Positions 40,431 to 49,786 of a stretch of DNA of 49,786 nucleotides are shown one piece after another. The stretch comes from Eledone cirrhosa (Eukaryota). Each line of letters starts with the position of its first letter. Position 1 is the first letter of the stretch. Where the stretch lies: the NCBI GenBank assembly GCA_964016885.1, contig CAXHJY010001479.1:1-49786 (forward strand), written 5' to 3'. The translations under genes were made by a program, and so were the position numbers. The notes under the pieces are model-generated. The model was not told the origin of the DNA. It was given only the letters and a program-made list of their open reading frames with translations, and did not search any database.

Positions 40431-40990
40431 TATTGTTTTATTTTTTTATTTTTCTTAATTTATAGATACATTTATATTAGGCAGTCTGCTCAGACAATTG
40501 AATACTGACCCTTCCCCCCCCTCCCACCTAATTTCTGTATCTTGATCTTGAAATGTGTGTGCCAGTGTTTTATGTGAGTGATTTAATATCCATGTGCTTA
40601 TGATTTTATATCCACATATATAAATGTGAGTGGGGGTGTGTGTGTGTTTGTATGTTCGTGGTTATGTGTATATTTATGCATATACGCGCGTGTATGTGTG
40701 ATTGTACTGATATGTGTGAGTATGAAAAAATATATTTATATGCTTGACTCCATAAGTATCAATGCGCATCTTATCAGCGCATTTTAAGCTTACAGAGATA
40801 TTAACCTTGAAATTTTGTGTTTGCATCCATCTTTTTAGTATGCGTATACAAGTTATACATACATTTTTGTAAAATATGTGTAAGGATTTTACATGTATAT
40901 ACACACACCGAACTGCTTTTAACCCTTTGTGTTTTCATTGGTCAATTTTGAACTGAAATTTTGAATTGTTGTTATTATCAATAAATATAC

Positions 40991-41145
40991 TTCATTATTT
41001 CTGAAGACGGCGTATATATGTGTTAGGTATGTATATTTAATCTTGATAATTTGTATAATTTTGTATAATTTTGTACATAGATCTGTTGAATATGCATACC
41101 AATTATAACACATATATACCCTAGAAACGATCGTTAAATAATGAA
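40991..41145 (+). ncRNA. Type-I hammerhead ribozyme with ~116-nt stem II
   Basis: Stem I TTCATTATTT (40991-41000)/AAATAATGAA (41136-41145), 10/10 paired. Core CTGAAGA (41001-41007). Stem II includes GTATATATGTGTTA/TAACACATATATAC. GAAA at 41124-41127. Palindromic stem III CGATCG. GUU cleavage site at 41133-41135. Confidence 0.85.
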
Positions 41146-41228
41146 CTTTTTTTGTTTAATATAAGGAATTGTTTATTCATTATTTGTTTAATATTTTATA
41201 TATATATATATATATTTATATGTGTGTT

Positions 41229-42346
41229 ATACAGCAAATGGGGCCCTCTCGAGGGAGACACCTATAATAAGTGGGGTGCCCCAGGGGACAGACCTGGGAC
41301 CACTACTGTTTTTGGTGGCTCTCTCGGACATGCCCTCTGTGGTGCATGCAACAACATCCCTCACTAGCTATGCTGATGACACTAAGGTAGCACAGGCAAT
41401 CAAAAACCCGGCTGACGCTGCCCTTTTACAGCAGGATCTGGATGCCATATACAGATGGGCGGAAGAAAACAACATGCAGTTTAATGCTGGCAAATTCCAA
41501 GCCCTACAATACAAACCTGCAAACACAAATATAGTGGAACACAGCTACACAGGACCAGGAGGGACCGATATCCCCGTGTCAAAATCGATACGAGACCTGG
41601 GCATAGACATGAGCGATGATGCATCTTTTTCTTCACACATCATGAAAGTGGCGACAACATGCAGACGACTCGCTGGCTGGATCTTGAGGACTTTCCGGAC
41701 AAGAGATCGAGACACCATGTTGACACTGTGGAGGACTTTTGTCCAAAGCCGCCTGGACTACTGCTCCCAGTTGTGGTCACCCCATAGTGTCAAACTAACC
41801 ACGGAGCTTGAGGCAATCAAGCGAAGCTACACCAAGAGGATTGCCAAGATGAGGGATACAAGCTACTGGGAGAGGCTAAAGGAAATGAACCTCTACTCCT
41901 TGGAGCGAAGACGGGAGTGATACGCAGTGATCTACATGTGGAAAATCCTGGAGGGACTAGCGCCAAACTTTGGCATTGGGAGCTGGACCAACCGTCGAAC
42001 AGGACGTCACTGTGTGGTGCCAAAGGTCCCGTCTTCCACATCTATTATAAGGAGCAGGTATTGCAATAGCCTGGGATTCAAGGGCCCTCAACTCTTCAAT
42101 AGGCTGCCGAGGCATCTAAGAGACTTGCATGACGTGGAGGTGGATGTCTTTAAGAAACATCTCGACAGCTTATTATCCAGGATCCCGGATGAGCCCACAG
42201 CAAGACACGAGGGAAACCTAAGGGCAGCAGCAACAAACTCCCTCCTTCACCAGTGGCCAACCTATACAGGCTGGAGATAAAATGTGTAGCAACAAGGGCG
42301 GTGCCCCAGCATGGCCTCAGCCGGATGGCTGAAACAGGTAAAAGAG
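41229..42346 (+). mobile_element. CR1/L2-group LINE, 5'-truncated (RT C-terminal half + 3' UTR), one premature stop
   Basis: SGVPQGT.LGPLLF, YADDTK, RDLGI, SRLDYCSQLWSP and YWERLK.MNLYSLERRRE*YAVIYMWKILEGL. The TGA at 41918-41920 is in frame with the downstream ORF to 42280. A 3' stem-loop TCAGCC-ggat-GGCTGA precedes a TA tract. Confidence 0.92.
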
Positions 42347-44606
<2,260 letters not shown>

Positions 44607-44698
44607 ACGAAGGAAATGTGGTAAGGAACCAGGTGGACCATAACTCACCAAAGTACTCAATACTTGAGGTAGTAGAGTGGGTAATAGGAACCAGTAAG

Positions 44699-44792
44699 AC
44701 CCCGACAGCTGAGCTCAAGCCGTTTCGACGGCTAATTCTGGACTAAATGAACATTTTTCCTGGTATTTAAATAGTCGATCTTCTCAAGGGGT
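44699..44792 (-). ncRNA. Type-I hammerhead ribozyme, U3-A8 core variant (left arm)
   Basis: Minus strand reads ACCCC-TTGAGAA-GATCGACTA...TAGCCGTC-GAAA-CGGCT-tgagctc-AGCTG-TC-GGGGT. Confidence 0.78.
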
Positions 44793-45732
44793 AATTCCAT
44801 ATATGGTCAAAGTGATTGTCAAAAATCAGTAGTAATTCTGTGGTTGCAAATTAGTAGGGGAGATGGTGGCTAAACCTGCCAGTAGGAGAAAGAGGGGAGG
44901 GGGTGGAGTAGACCCAATCAAGCTTTGGTAGTGCCAGCTACAGCTGGGCATGAGGTCAAGGAAGATTCAGGGGAGGGGGAGGGGGAGGAAGTCGGAACGG
45001 TAGGTCGAACAATGGGGGGTAAAAATAGGAAAGAAAAAATACTGAGAGTGAAGAAAAGCAAATAAGTGTAAAGAAAAAAGTAAAGTCAATTAAATTCTAC
45101 GACCTAGGTGTCAGGCTATTGTTAGGCGAGAATAAAATAAAGAAAGAAAGAAAGAAGTAAAGAAATAAATAAGTAAATAAATAAATAAGGAAATAAGTAA
45201 AAGAACTAGGTGGGACATAATAGGCAAGGACCCTTTTAAGAAGTATAAGTACGTAAATGATACGGTGACGGGTCAACAAAAGGGGCCAAAATACTAAAGA
45301 GACTACCACGAAATAAACAATAAAGGTTTCCATCCCGGGCCAGCAACGACCCAGTGCAGCAAAGTGAACTTGTACGAGATAATAATTCTGAGTCCCGAGA
45401 AAAATATATACTAATGCTAACTCTAAAAGATCTAAAACAAGCTACATGAAAGTTCGTACGAAATAAAGGTAGAATACGGAGAAATAAATTCAGAATCCAC
45501 CCCGCCCAGAAGAAAAGCATTGTTCTACCTACCGTTCCGACTTCCTCCCCCTCCCCTGTATCTTCCTTGACCTCATGCCCAGCTGTAGCTGGCACTACCA
45601 ACGCTTGATTGGGTCTACTCCACCCCTCCCCTCTTTCTCCTACTGGCAGGTTTAGCCACCATCCCCCCTACTAATTTGCAACCACAGAATTACTACTGAT
45701 TTTTGACAATCACTTTGACCATATATGGAATT

Positions 45733-45826
45733 ACCCCTTGAGAAGATCGGCTATTTAAATACCAGGATAAATTTTCATTTAGTCCAGAATTAGCCGTCGA
45801 AACGGCTTGAGTTCAGCTGTCGGGGT
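45733..45826 (+). ncRNA. Type-I hammerhead ribozyme, U3-A8 core variant (right arm)
   Basis: ACCCC (45733-37)-TTGAGAA (45738-44)-GA(T)CGGCTA...TAGCCGTC-GAAA (45799-802)-CGGCT/AGCTG stem III-GUC site (45819-21)-GGGGT (45822-26). Confidence 0.82.
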
Positions 45827-45928
45827 CTTACTGGTTCCTATTTATTTATATATATATATATATATATTTATTTATATATATATATATATATATTTATTTA
45901 TATATATATATATATATATTTATATATT

Positions 45929-45961
<33 letters not shown>

Positions 45962-45963
45962 AC

Positions 45964-46029
<66 letters not shown>

Positions 46030-46033
46030 ATAT

Positions 46034-46695
46034 TTCAGGCTGTTCAGTTTGTTTACAAACGAACAAAGCTGCGTTATAATAAGCGTCCGCTAAACTGATA
46101 TGTGCATATATGTATGTCTACCTGTATGTATATATGTGTATACATATATATATATATATATATATATGCATGCTACTGTACGTCTGTATACATATATGTA
46201 TGTACGTATACACACATACTTACATTTAAGTAAGTGCCGTACTAAGAGTGAGAAATGAAATTTCGTTTTCATTTTATTTCAACTTAGCGTTTTCGGTATG
46301 CCCGACCGACTTACCTCACTCGATATGCAAATTAGGCTGCTCAGCCGTTAATTTTCATAAGGAAAGTATATACTTTCGAACGTTCAACTATCTGGCAGAT
46401 GGGTATACGGTGCTGATGATAGCTAACAAGCTTGAAACTAGTACATCGTTCCTGTGTCAGTGTTGAACAAAAAGGTGACGTGGTGCCTTAACACCGTACG
46501 GCAAAAAAAAAAAATTCAGGCTGTTCAGTTTGTTTACAAACGAACAAAGCGGCGTTATAATAAGCGTCCGCTAAACTTATATGTGCATATATGTATGTGT
46601 ACCTGTATGTATATATGTGTATATATATATATATATATATGCATGCTACTGTACGTCTGTATACATATATGTATGTACGTATACACACATACTTA
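46034..46695 (+). mobile_element. Retrozyme-like element: ~481-bp unit with partial tandem terminal repeat
   Basis: 46034-46222 is repeated at 46515-46695. Internal HHR. A12 tract at 46503-46514. No ORF. Embedded in TA tracts. Confidence 0.85.
46407..46449 (+). ncRNA. Minimal type-I hammerhead ribozyme
   Basis: ACGGTG-CTGATGA-T-AGCT-aaca-AGCT-T-GAAA-CTAG-TA-CATCGT. Stem I is 6 bp with one G-U, stem III is palindromic, and the GUA site is at 46441-46443. Confidence 0.88.
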
Positions 46696-47815
<1,120 letters not shown>

Positions 47816-48487
47816 AAATATAAATTAACGAGAATCGTTTTCAGCTCAGGAATTAACGAAAATCAACGTCCGATATGTGTGGCAAGCGCTCGATGAATCA
47901 TATGAATCGGAGCTACAACATACGTTAAGGGCGAAACACACTGACATGATGGTTAACTGACATGATGGTTAAAACATATCATCCGCACAGCCAAAACAAA
48001 ACGACCAAATAATTCGGGTCAAACAATAAAAATATATGTGTTGATAATTTCCCGGACCCTGGACTGATGGTAAAATCCAGTATTGGTTTCTGCGACTCCA
48101 AATCAGGTACTGTCCGCCTACATAAAGCATGTTGGGCTTCTGGTGAGATGATGAACAAGGCAGTCGTGTTATCAACGGGTTTTGCTCCAAGATGCTATAG
48201 ATAGTGTGGCTATTACTGAGCCCTCGTGGGATTCAGCAAGGGAGGTAACACCTCTATTAAGCGAATGATTCAGTTGTGTATTATTGCGAGAATGCAAAAT
48301 ATCACAAATCGAATAAAGCTCTCGACAGAATGGTTAAATATAACATAGCTATTCAACAGTCAATATAAGTAACTGAAAAAATCAATAAAATTAACTGCTC
48401 AATAGCTAGACTCTGGAGATTAATACAAATATAAATTAGCGAGAATCGTTTTCAGCTCAGGAGTTAACGAAAATCAACGTCCGATAT
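47816..48487 (-). mobile_element. Retrozyme-like element: 611-bp unit with 61-bp direct terminal repeat
   Basis: 47816-47876 is repeated at 48427-48487 with 2 mismatches. Internal minus-strand HHR. No credible ORF. TA tracts flank both sides. Confidence 0.78.
48051..48179 (-). ncRNA. Type-I hammerhead ribozyme, U3-A8 core variant with extended stems II and III
   Basis: Minus strand reads CCCG-TTGATAA-ca-CGACT...AGTCG-ca-GAAA-CC-aata-CTGGA-loop-TCCAG-GG-TC-CGGG. The GUC site is at 48057-48055. Confidence 0.7.

Positions 48488-49786
<1,299 letters not shown>

Larger units (their letters stand above)
35818..41215 (+). mobile_element. Penelope-like retroelement copy 2, possibly including a long microsatellite-rich 3' UTR and an HHR-bearing pLTR
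   Basis: The ORF is followed by decayed tandem repeats, TA/TG-rich DNA and a complete same-strand HHR (40991-41145) ending at a TA tract. The ORF-to-HHR linkage is inferred. Confidence 0.55.
44607..45842 (-). mobile_element. Non-coding PLE-type element with ~330-bp inverted arms, each carrying an HHR
   Basis: Arms at 44683-45014 and 45518-45842 differ by about 8 substitutions and 2 indels by eye. The spacer is ~500 bp with no recognisable ORF. TA tracts flank both sides. Confidence 0.88.

Noticed and set aside
41918-41920. In-frame TGA as selenocysteine or programmed readthrough
   Set aside because: The position corresponds to the Arg of ERRRERY, so a CGA>TGA CpG transition is the simple explanation. 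No SECIS was recognised.

Overview
AT-rich animal DNA dense in microsatellites. The SINE, LINE and microsatellite make-up resembles a coleoid cephalopod (Octopus-like) genome, which is an inference. I recognise no host protein-coding gene, and the many 'IYIYIY' ORFs are translations of (TA)n tracts. Real coding content is all transposon-derived: two 5'-truncated Penelope-like elements (PLEs; reverse transcriptase plus C-terminal GIY-YIG endonuclease), a CR1/L2-group LINE 3' end with one premature stop, two RTE-type LINE fragments, a deleted hAT with an adjacent hAT MITE, a decayed mariner, a non-autonomous Helitron and tRNA-derived SINEs. The most interesting signal is non-coding. At least four unrelated short sequence families lodged in (TA)n tracts carry complete type-I hammerhead ribozyme (HHR) folds. 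Two have the compensatory U3-A8 core (UUGANAA), one has a ~116-nt stem II, and one is a minimal HHR in a ~481-bp retrozyme-like unit. Several partial HHRs are also present. These elements show the partial-tandem or 5'-inverted architecture typical of PLE insertions, suggesting a PLE-driven, TA-targeting community of ribozyme retroelements. All folds were derived by eye and need computational and biochemical confirmation.
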